Of a DNA stretch of 64,000 bases, positions 12,001 through 16,800 are shown in pieces. The notes beneath the pieces were generated by a model, which worked only from the letters and a program-made list of their open reading frames with translations, ran no database searches and had not been told where the DNA came from. The position numbers and the translations under genes are program-made. The stretch comes from an uncultured Planctomycetia bacterium (lineage in GTDB: Bacteria; Omnitrophota; Gorgyraeia; Tantalellales; Tantalellaceae). Positions within the stretch are counted from its first letter, which is position 1; the number at the start of each line of letters is the position of its first letter. The stretch covers positions 118,539 through 182,538 of the forward strand of contig CAZNEE010000003.1 in the NCBI GenBank assembly GCA_964572255.1, given 5' to 3'.

Positions 12001-13412
12001 TCGCCGGAAAACTTCGGCATCAGAACAAGATAAGAAAGGCCTTTCTCTTTCATGAGGTCCGTGAGCCCTTCCGAGTGGTGTCCTCCGGAAATAAGCGCAG
12101 CAACACGTTTCCTCTCACGGCGCATCGAAGCTACGGTATTTGCGAGCATAGCGCTATTACGTTTTTCGGCCAACTCGTAGAACTTTAAGGCCTTTTTCGC
12201 TTCTTCGAGGATGGTTTCGGAAAGACCGTCAACCTTTATTTTTCCGATCATTTCGCGAAGATCCTCTGCCTCGCAATCTGTAAGCTGTATTTGGAAAAGG
12301 CTCTTCAAAAGCTCGATAAAATTTGTCGCCTCGTATAATTCTCTTTCCTCTTTACCGGTGAAAAGTTCGCTGAATACTTTCTCTTCCAGCTGATCAAGCT
12401 CATTTTGAAGGCCCGTTACATCAAGACTATGATATTTCCTTGTATAATCCACAAAGCGTAAAAGCTCTTTATATTCGCCGCAATCTACGCCTCTTTTTTG
12501 CGCAAAATCCACAAGCCAGCCGTGATAAACAGCCTGATCGATCCTGCCCTTTTCAAAATAAAGGGATTTAATGGCTATTTGTTCCAGGTCTTCCTTGACG
12601 GCGGATTTTGAAATGCGGTTTATTAAAAGCGTTCTTTCATCTGTAGCTTTTGAAAAATCGACCTCTTTCTCCAGATATACCGAATCGATGAACGCTTTTA
12701 TATTTGGATAACTTTCGGTGGGGATCCCTTTTTCCTTACAAAGCTTCTCAAGAAAATCCCAGTAAACATCAAAACTTATTTTTCCTTTTCGGTGGAGGCG
12801 CGATTTAAACACCATTCGGCTGAGTTCGCCGGAATATGTCTTGTCCTCTTTTTCCTTTAAAGCGGCGAGCAGTTTGTTCAAAGAAACAAGAGATCCGCGG
12901 TTTTTCCGGAATATTTCTCTGAAAACCTTAAGGTTCTCCTGATATAAACTGTTATCCTCGACTCCGTAAAGAGCAATATCTTCATCCTGTGTTGCAGTAA
13001 AAAACTCACCTGCCGATATTTTCCCTTCTTTCATCAGGTAATCTGCGGTCTCCTCCCTCAGTTTTTCATCGGGAAGAGTTTTAAGCAGCGATGTATCGAT
13101 ATACCCCGAAGCGCCTTCAACGGCAACAACGCGGACATCGTATTCGCTCATGAGGTTCTTTAAGATCTCCACTATGGAGTACTGCGCGGAAAGCGATGAG
13201 TGGCAATCCTGGATATTGATGATCGTCTCGTTCTTGCCGAGCAGGCCTTTTTTTTCGATATCGGCAAGATTTTTGGGGATATTAAAATTTTTGTTTATTT
13301 TTGGGTAGGAAGAGATATCACCGGCAGCCCATACGATCTGCTGGTGAAAAAAGATGAGGGCAACTATGGTTGCCGTGACCTTAAGAAATATATTATATCG
13401 TCTTATCCCCAT
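1..13412 (-). CDS. Gene C: giant multidomain membrane-associated protein (at least 4,470 aa; 3' end runs off the window; not in the supplied ORF track)
   Basis: ATG at 13412-13410 opens MGIRRYNIFLKVTATIVALIFFHQQIVWAAGD...IINIQDCHSSLSAQYSIVEIL, a clear paralogue of the gene B N-terminus. Manual translation of most of this frame found no stop down to position 3 (...MGEKFLLGRELKAANL). The Ser/Phe-rich plus-strand shadow ORFs from 16 to 12211 all keep one register, consistent with a single frame. The ORF track reports no long stop-terminated minus ORF here. Confidence 0.95.
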   Translation of the reverse strand, partial: MGIRRYNIFLKVTATIVALIFFHQQIVWAAGDISSYPKINKNFNIPKNLADIEKKGLLGKNETIINIQDCHSSLSAQYSIVEILKNLMSEYDVRVVAVEGASGYIDTSLLKTLPDEKLREETADYLMKEGKISAGEFFTATQDEDIALYGVEDNSLYQENLKVFREIFRKNRGSLVSLNKLLAALKEKEDKTYSGELSRMVFKSRLHRKGKISFDVYWDFLEKLCKEKGIPTESYPNIKAFIDSVYLEKEVDFSKATDERTLLINRISKSAVKEDLEQIAIKSLYFEKGRIDQAVYHGWLVDFAQKRGVDCGEYKELLRFVDYTRKYHSLDVTGLQNELDQLEEKVFSELFTGKEERELYEATNFIELLKSLFQIQLTDCEAEDLREMIGKIKVDGLSETILEEAKKALKFYELAEKRNSAMLANTVASMRRERKRVAALISGGHHSEGLTDLMKEKGLSYLVLMPKFSGDNIRPYVAILTKKTGPYRELVKAGEYDLALEAYLDTGDFTALEELIVYALGKCALEGKDLNSVVDYWADNYEAAYNSIPKERLTAVEYDRIDPEIFRLYLGRSKAEADESGKTCRVDFDGNIYVVSEGEVKLIEKNSAHEGFLKKVADAASDVIGEVKEKFTQKEKVDAAAPDEEKPSVFEEPAIPEEKESEQFAEEDQGDVAEEEVILEEPTSAEDVKKLIKLRARGEYALLGTYIHDIAKEYGETYKDVTPVSPEFIDACIEKSLFDDGETIRHKERLYDEFFTIWSLIQITLEDAKTSKEEAKKKEPYFTVVNDVEINGESYTRIIVTTQNRTGCENYILEKLKKLNIYYEHLRGMVYDDVAISVYHLQQNAETREVLSENKRKRLLQSFEIVDLERTKRSYKEALSLTSVYHLEPFERCNSNGIPGGVWNAVIFNYETVREGELHFDESIMPEEYEINEENIDRERIHLDSILKPLKYQFQEKIRKAVGLVNTDQDKNLLSLISGLNFELEKGNPGVTYQMKRTYDVFKGLSIGHDKGTSIRNIFARILITLAEGYRVSDEDISTEQQKLVNCFSVARENDVFGHINEVKLAAEAIESAKKKMEEHNYTARFAIWEWLSEKYPIAEGQRRRDEAALAERVVNKLSVELDIEDVAIEGLREIVEQAREEDREIVVVSRDMVRDEIILRKMTQRYGIKYFVSCHGSMREHVAILATAAGAMLLVDLPEVIFDDFCATGEPAAISSVSMTKTEQAKFLAGNPRTKKGWDMVSEVITSQTMKDYYVEKERELRKKRTVAKTRDGVEVSIYGNIILPAHARKNDNGYLRPGAADIVEELYNDFGANGVALVRTEYAFNRKAFLEFERQREVYLSVANVADKEVAIRTFDKEHDKKCIALPDIPGVYGFGYYKEPEGREVLKIQIMAIFVAYAQSRYKNLKMMIPMIKTVDDMKFLGKLIDEVKEEIVKKYSAIEKEVLNGMPVGIMVETEEVIKDLDAILDQKFVSLSFLSIGSNDLTSDVKKLPRHDLKDSHFDNEMLKILEKIVKAAKARDLDVSICGDHARFDKTIIFSIYLYKKHGVLIVPGVIQGLVPKLKTEVEFTDAETVAEMLKDLKLSNTDESNEELNKIVTGKALIRMNRILGEELFNSILNKKMSKVTPMTGVKEDEEKEQGPEGEGPDKRAGPSDAGALGVFAFPFVKSDISTYFTNPAVLYIGIIILITGAIYMIYRAKRSPPEHVQEVIVQSARNIAGHIEHDGWLPDFEHRQELLELVKDFIKDPFLSPGKTTIKNALFEAHSEAVAKNRELRVNPVLLRDIPEEDIEAILLHEMVHFLKVQVKRQKAFDKHRNKGVLGVIRNFLGYFKAVLSGNIDGFTKRISTSIKIAAAVATHNEFEAYSIQNRYRYEQAKAKGYSDLKGYLKYLGSKTNDPGFKEGYANLLSIVYPGGTLPEGYKIDLFEQAIAPGTRKPVYFAAALEGKSDPAVFGNWLFEWLSDPEYYDVSQKRSGESGKISIAVMAVAFVLISIIATLVFYFAKRPISQEPVKPSAEISKESSEDKKIDISQKIKKTSEKQIKEAEPAGPSPIEGRILKLTGNAINHIEKDGWTFSKHTKEILKLLYEFKKSRLEVVNDPSKPYILQTDENRGDIVRINAAFVGEYSDPEIESAIVHEIVHMLPHQNKRAQAEIEMGEKIAGIKMSEFLQKTDESKKLREDFKKFIARKMQNEYEAYSIQNEYRKYIAEQKGFSGLKEYFEHCAASYNRRSPHYSNFKMLANFTSSDGKLLEAFKMELIGVSYPQQYRSLLIRIAIFEGVNPRNNSEVINWMLSWLTDPEYYEVKEKSIDKAAMLPGGTSRTLLLLSLLSGLSFVDMSEPGRGKPGTQPRRNIMDINDSELLEIIPHELNRTHITRLIRMFDIIWPLGREDENQDDLEHFQNIFHKFIIAHAIGSSYGSPEMAALEKPTDNTLQIFASNNIVVPAEIKILLDEFTIQDKDKKPVKQSVFRDKKKAFDVIDETVFGYGHERDFEIRKLLKRMYIYFTAVDSIEMGSDYLRRVEVRRLKAEEEKEKESPKDSFSFIRDDLERSGINISEYMTDEAVSALTDSTLHEYGQILEITDEAYEKVHLPVALVDFTSERGPETRMAVAKYDPSEARAYPVFQKNMARSWGMLRDKATMHFKYQLEGGEVQDVDDIAPDYENARKDVWDIERHLEEFRKDYPNFEIIGFTGNGNILANAHLASYVDGRLHAVEAEKELIYSGNSRVYPSLVIWKDGHISIEEVRFTGGERIIEESTGKDITGEVVSTNSGIGILKNGRPYDLAEHYEHDYDVRHYLDFPFIPDGKISFGVSHFYDETGKVIKDLIVPAIEEKLITLKLEEREAPLTDDQIKQLDENLREEKHYIKAEAASEVKYGVYFLDKDNNELTIGLKRGINPHNICAIDKDGNLVSIIVEGKSNRIGITFKEAQQRLEKMGITDAIIFDNGADAMMNIDGQFIIRSFQGRDRFLSLLVFAKGKYDIMQMNREQRLELCLESIQTEETDFHMEHVARASRMAELIARRIGLSDRLIEILMAAGEVHDGKVLDPAVVNDVKRYIGKKLSKEGRRAFFSISDFYRFVENKKGGALTSEEKNVARDFYDHGTRSAEDIKSLGVKMPLEVELLIKYHQFPSEFFASKDDSRGKLPITPEELGLLLTILFTADVFENGNNVDKMNLFHEGRPFESFEDSFKFLEKKYYEEGIEDRRALEALAKLISEKDGQLLSLAAYARHCSEFLPEDIKFMETQRQKDPPEIPPAHPFTVESASLWGKIMAMLSAVSFAGALVGILIGLMVEAHVLYYGIWTGFAVLGAFFAVSAGRFLGLGKLARMALRGYVPPTPGDEAFSGDEILITAIAERQHDGSIEYHDAIRNIVREKDLSKIILHELFKKEFWGMFFLMPGFYTLARLIKRNRLKTEVKVIKQGDFASLAKDLQDLRGKISKKVRKKGKKAELREHRWESENISDTFLTKQYTPARRRNTSETPEQRDRGGYHFKLEEDGIFFSQVEVETQENIPQNSFEREHYRDAFEILRNLSGETLSWTNELAADNTKNLHFHLFKLDDPLPIKKYELEPLCTERDGDDVIFTVKGYPDTENPIAVFAVNGRVDNTGDINLLSTRCYDVEEIFRDNGYTVDKIVTVNKEKRATVYFFPKRHGHAKYFTDSKSVEKVGPVAMSGIWPFYRKGDYKKFKLDDIQRIFSNINVLREKHEKFGTICGEIKRNFYEAEGTGLLPPSVYFDLSSIREDPASEIKMVDLLAEKGVSRVNFIFDISRGLLDDEKKMDALKELLGHASKKMTVVVSFAGFIENIDEVGDKWNIISSKMTKYVNKVSFKVQKKSEKLERALDLVKKHCKDKNVEIYTCVSRVNLDEVRDLAQLFLNKNMSSIKKFEWEISRDMETRYSLREWEYEDLNHEMREDYGNLRKMEFAISGREETNLYVFRNGDLGVKGGRLGIRRFANIFDQKTLLTEESRGIYKDITDKIRIDHTRVLRKSAPAAPSGVRKGIINKIEELYNSHGLVDLYPHVLLEAELAEKMARRMAEEKEFQNEDILTLKLAIFVHHLGLGPRMGSHRNDFLEIRAALKKKYPAQKGEVWHIKGAMRALIKEIGAEGLPIDEQFERVCKEIAKLLKTPRRKLNKLQQEVVWSVFGVNTFAVRMLEATDISLPKEIKKDVRMLLFNYGTYREFCRKVEEDEMLIRMQSSINPEKMKQLVSIIRIANTAVNRFDPGVREDLRRENPDSIPEAIKFIIQDIEKNEQAGEETLKALSVFLNMLKDSRNNPLILGKLQKIFASSNDQTKFKNKMFLRFLDSGIGLSPADAKEIIKRYDQYEEGITIGTYYRWSERSLIIGVVGLVISLAASFMIPGALTAVPALLSTFVFLSGLWFLLIAENCKKAFEYWLSKEWNTKIINAVLAGTYKNGEINDLANGLVDEDAKEKVEDMDERMHIFLVKMAKLMGEKFLLGRELKAANL
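600..1400 (-). other. Degenerate HD (HD-GYP-like) domain no. 3 in gene C
   Basis: DLYPHVLLEAELAEKMARRM...LKLAIFVHHLGLG (HH in place of HD, 1233-1238)...SIIRIANTAVNRFD (N in place of the conserved D). Confidence 0.55.
1500..2220 (-). other. Radical-SAM-like barrel lacking the CxxxCxxC motif, in gene C
   Basis: PPSVYFDLSS (cysteine loop absent)...VDLLAEKGVSRVNF (no GGEP)...VVVSFAGF...VEIYTCVSRVNLDEV...LYVFRNGD...ANIFD follows the strand and helix order of radical SAM enzymes. Confidence 0.5.
2290..3010 (-). other. GDP-glucose/Ap4A phosphorylase-like (GDPGP1/VTC2/DUF4922-type HIT) domain in gene C
   Basis: QYTPARR...ENIPQ...WTNELAADNTKNLHFHLF...LPI...VYFFPKR...VGPVAMSG...GDYKKFKLDDIQRIFSNI matches the family pattern Q.NP.R / H.PQ / N...GAS..HLHFQ / FPR / PA..EM.G / EDF. 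Confidence 0.6.
3740..4440 (-). other. HD (HD-GYP-like) phosphohydrolase domain no. 2 in gene C, HD dyad intact
   Basis: MEHVARASRMAELIARRIGLS...AAGEVHDGK (HD at 4284-4289)...KKGGALTSEEK...DHGTRSAE...IKYHQ...ILFTADVFE. There is no GYP motif, and HHE is replaced by YHQ. Confidence 0.75.
4470..5400 (-). other. Phosphodiester glycosidase (NAGPA/DUF2233)-like domain in gene C, divergent active site
   Basis: NSGIGILKNG...INPHNICAIDKDGNLVSIIVEGKSNRIGITFKEAQQRLEKMGITDAIIFDNGADAMMNIDG...RDRFLSLLVF parallels the family pattern HPRTAIG...LVVVDGR..G.TL.E....LG..DA.NLDGGGS. Confidence 0.65.
5700..6330 (-). other. Degenerate HD domain no. 1 in gene C
   Basis: RTHITRLIRMF...KFIIAHAIG (HA in place of HD)...GYGHE...YFTAVDSIEMG...ESPKDSFSFI, co-linear with the intact HD domain at 3740-4440 (FTADVFENG...ESFEDSFKFL). 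Confidence 0.55.
6500..8400 (-). repeat. Two tandem ~330-aa modules, each a TM helix followed by a gluzincin-type HEXXH metallopeptidase
   Basis: Copy 1: HIEHDGW...AILLHEMVH (8010-8024)...NEFEAYSIQN (7803-7832)...WLSDPEYY. Copy 2: HIEKDGW...AIVHEIVH (6987-7001)...NEYEAYSIQN (6807-6836)...WLTDPEYY. Confidence 0.85.
8600..10720 (-). other. PTS Enzyme I (PtsI/PtsP-like) module embedded in gene C
   Basis: HGSMREHVAILA (phospho-His position at 9867-9869), KTRDGVEVSIYGNI, GANGVALVRTEY, VAIRTFDKEHDK, NLKMMIPMI, VGIMVET, FLSIGSNDLT (8955-8969) and VSICGD (Cys 8829-8831) occur in canonical EI order. Confidence 0.9.
10830..11080 (-). other. ACT domain (GlnD-like) in gene C
   Basis: YTRIIVTTQNRTGCENYILEKLKKLNIYYEHLRGMVYDDVAISVYHL resembles the GlnD ACT pattern YT.IEV.T.DRPGLL..I...L..L.I.......G..A.DVFYV. 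Confidence 0.55.
11880..13230 (-). other. EreA/ChaN/TraB-GumN/TIKI-like metal-binding domain at the N-terminus of gene C
   Basis: Motifs IQDCH (QDCH 13200-13211), VAVEG, AEKRN (RN 12156-12161) and ISGGHH (12075-12086) follow the xxH / E / RN / GxxH ligand order of this superfamily. The domain is strongly similar to the one in gene B. Confidence 0.6.
13326..13412 (-). other. N-terminal signal peptide of gene C
   Basis: Basic n-region (RR..K), hydrophobic core and ...FFHQQIVWA end; matches gene B FFLHQQIGWT. Confidence 0.7.
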
Positions 13413-13434
13413 AACTTATTGTTATCCCCATAAC
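13403..13434. repeat. 13-bp direct repeat TTATCCCCATAAC x2 overlapping the gene C start codon and RBS
   Basis: Copies at 13403-13415 and 13422-13434. The second copy lies in a perfect GTTAT-N4-ATAAC palindrome (13421-13434). Confidence 0.8.
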
Positions 13435-13555
13435 ATTTATGTACTTTTTAAAGTTATTAGCTAATTCAAAGTGTAAAAGTCCCTTCATGTTTTTCTTACT
13501 TACAGAAAGACATTAAAGAGCTAACAAGCTTTTTATTTATTTAATGACTAATAAT

Positions 13556-13583
13556 ATGTTAACACAATAAAAAGATTTGTCAA
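13556..13583 (-). promoter_or_regulatory. sigma70-type promoter for gene C
   Basis: The minus strand reads TTGACA (13583-13578)-N16-TAACAT (13561-13556), with TGTGT immediately before the -10 (extended -10). Same layout as the gene B promoter. Confidence 0.65.
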
Positions 13584-13687
13584 TTTGAATATCTAACTAT
13601 TTTGATTCTTAATTATTCGGCTTTATTTTGGGATAATTTTGAAATTTGTTAACAATACTACCTTTTTCAACAATTACATAATCGTCC

Positions 13688-13732
13688 AAAAAAAATAGAA
13701 CGGCCCTGCAGTGTATTCCACGGCAGGGCCGT
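13688..13732 (-). terminator. Intrinsic terminator of gene B
   Basis: GC-rich stem ACGGCCCTGC (13700-13709)/GCAGGGCCGT (13723-13732) plus an inner GTG/CAC, followed on the minus strand by TCTA-T8 (13695-13688). Confidence 0.8.
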
Positions 13733-13733
13733 C

Positions 13734-13796
13734 TGAGATGCAGGAAGGTTTTGCATCTCAATTCACGTCGCAAAGATTGAGGGGAAGCGGCGTGAA
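13734..13796. other. Two additional stem-loops in the gene B 3' UTR
   Basis: TGAGATGCA (13734-13742)/TGCATCTCA (13752-13760) with loop GGAAGGTTT. TTCACGTCGC (13762-13771)/GCGGCGTGAA (13787-13796) with one T/G position and a purine-rich loop on the plus strand. Confidence 0.75.
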
Positions 13797-13816
13797 CTCT
13801 ATAAGATTTTTATTTA

Positions 13817-16800
13817 TTATAGCCTGATGATCACCTCCTCGTATCTCTTCATTTCTTCCATCAAGTTCTCGAAGTTGATAGGTTTAATAGGTTCAAATAT
13901 GAGCCAGTTCTTATACCCCTCTTTTGGATTTACCTCGCCCAGGCTTTCTGATATAACTCCTTTATTCGCAATGATTTCCAATATAGCTACAAGTCTTTGC
14001 GAAACCACGCCCTCACCTACCATCTGGACAAAAGTGGGCGCCCTGTCAGCCTGAATGATCCTCTCATCCGCGTCCGTTTTTACAAGATTCGCGATATCGC
14101 CTATGGCTAGCGCATCAGGATTTTCTACGATATCGAGTTCGGGGAATGTGCTCCGGGCTAATTCAAGCGTCCTTTCGAGGGTAAGATCTTCCTGTGTAAT
14201 TAAACGTATGTTCCCCCTGTCCAACACGTCGACTAATCCTGTTTCCTCAAGCATCATATCGAGATTCTTTTCCGTTATATTGGGGTCAAGCACCCTTACC
14301 TGTATGAATCTGGACGCTTTTTCCTTGTCAAGCCCCATTGATCTTATCGTGTCAGCGATAAGCCGCATCTCGCCGACATTTCTTGCGATCTCGCTGATAT
14401 ACCTCGGCTCGCCCTCGACCAGGCCTGTTGCGGCATATGCCTTTGTCCGGTCTGTAGTCCTTATCCTTGCGTAAATATCCTTATGCCTTATATCTATCGT
14501 GAGCCGGTAAATACTTTGCTCGCTTAATTCCATGCTCTTTATGATCTCGATGCCGCCGATGGACAGCTGGTGTACCAGGTCTCTCAATTCAAGCCCGGAC
14601 ATGGAAGGAACTAACCCTCTTATCGCGCCGACATTCATGCTCAATATCAGTTCTTCCTTTTGCCCCGTAAGGGTCTTTATCTTTGCGTCTATTTCATCTT
14701 TCTCTTCCTGGGTCCTCCGTATCATGCTCCTGACCTGCTGTAATCTGAGTATTTCGCGGTTGATTTTATCCAGCTTCTTCATGGATTTGGAAGTGAAAAC
14801 ATCCGCGCGAAGTTTGTTGGCCGTTCCTATAATAAGCTCGGTTGCCTCTTTCCTATTGTATCCGGCAATAGGGGTATCGATAAGAACGACCGCGTCTATT
14901 CCCTCATCTTTCGCTGCTTTACTAAGTTCTTCGATCATGGTTTCAGTTTTACCGGGCATTACTTCTACAACGCGTATAGAAGGATCGCTGCGTTCTATCC
15001 TTTCAATAACGACCTCATCTACTGTTCCTTTTAGAATCCCGACCACAATATCGGGTTTGGGCGCTGCTTTTCCCTGGAAGATTTCTCCAATCATTGTGAT
15101 CACTTGATATGCCAGAATTATTAAACTGGAAGCAATAACTGTTGCGCCCATCTCGGTAGGGCTGATAAACGGTAACGCTCTTGCTATAAAAGATTGGATC
15201 GCTATATTCAAAGGATAATATGCATTGAATATTATCGCCGTGCTTGCGAGCAAAAAGCCTATGCCGAAAACGGTCATAAGCATTACAATGTTACCTCTGC
15301 CGCTTATTCCCCTTGGTGCGGGCGGGACTTCCGGCGGTATTGCCGGTATGACCCTGGCAAGAAGAGGTCTTATTTGTCCTTCGATTATCGACTCTCCGAG
15401 GGAAGCCGAGATCTCAAGACTTTTTTCATCATCGGTCCTCCTGGCTACATTACGTATTGTCATGTCCCTGGGATCATCCGTGTGATATGCCACATAATCG
15501 CTTTCATTCCTGCCTATGTATTCTATCCTGAACGGTTTGCCCCGCAAAGGATCGCCGAAATATTCCCTTTCGCTCTTGCGGAAATGAAATTTTACGTTAT
15601 CCTTCGCAAAGAAAACAGATTCCAGAATATTGCCCGGAAAATCGACAATTTCCATGCCTGCGGCAGCGCGCCTTCTATTCAGCTCGAGTTTATCGTCCTG
15701 GGTAACATACCTGTATTCGACTTCCTCTTTTCCTTCAGCGTCATATACCACTACCTGGTCAAGCACCCAGTCCGTTATTACCGGTTCCTGTAGTGACGCG
15801 GTATGATCGTAAATATCGGTAAGGACATAAACCCATTCCTGTCTCTTCTGGTCCTCAGAAATGCCAGCAAGCTCTTCCTGTCCTGTTTCCACCTGGTAAA
15901 CACCTTCATATTCTATTATTATGTAAAGGTCTTTTTTGCCGATAGCTTTTTTAACCCTGTAAGTAAAATATTTTCCTTCCTGCGGATTGCAGAATAATAT
16001 TCTTCTTCCGTCCTTCGCGTATTCGGAGATCTTCCCGTCCGGTTCGATGATCCTTTTTATCTCGCGCGTATCTTCATAACGCTCGGTTATCGTGCCGTCT
16101 TCCGCGACCTGGTAAACCGGAGCCGGTTCAGCTTCTTGAGGAAGTTCCGGTTCTTCAGGCTCTTTCGGCCTGCCTCTGCCGAACAAGAACATACCTCCAT
16201 AGATTATTCCGACAAATATTGCCAATGTCAGTAATATATAAAAAGAATTGATATTGCCCGCGGAATTTGACAGAAAACCCGGCGGGCTGAAACCTTCGCC
16301 CTGTGTCAACCCGAACAAAAATACCGGCGCAATACCGAATAAAGGTTTAACAGGCGGTTTTACCACCGGGGGCACCACAACCGGCGGCGCAATAATTTCT
16401 TCCGCAAGACTTGCCCTCGGTACGATGCGCGGTACGCCTATACGGACCTGCCCTGAAGTGGCCTTTATAAAATTACGGTTTACCCTTATAACGAATCTCT
16501 TGGCTCTGGCCGGATTGAACGCGCTGCCAATAGGCTTTTCGGGTTTTATCCTTAAAGTGTTCAATTTCTCAAGAAGTTCTCCTTCCACTATTTCAAATTT
16601 GGATTCTTCGCCTCCGCTATAACCGGGCATCTCAATAATGGTCTGCGGCCTGTTCTCGTCATCGTAAGCCACGATCATTATGGTATGCCCCGCCAAATTT
16701 TCCCTATAGGCTTCCGGAATGAAAAATTCAAAAACGAATTCCCTGCCCCTCATGTCCACGGGTTCTTTCAGCTCGAATTCAAGTTCCGCAAGGTTTTCTC

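Noticed and set aside
13403-13430. TTATCCCCA x2 as DnaA boxes / replication origin
   Set aside because: Each has one mismatch to TTATCCACA, there are only two copies, they overlap a start codon, and no dnaA/dnaN context is present.
13740-13751. CAGGAAGG loop as part of a plus-strand CsrB/RsmZ-like sRNA
   Set aside because: Only one or two GGA loops are present and I could not identify a plus-strand promoter/terminator pair. It remains a weaker alternative to the anti-SD reading.
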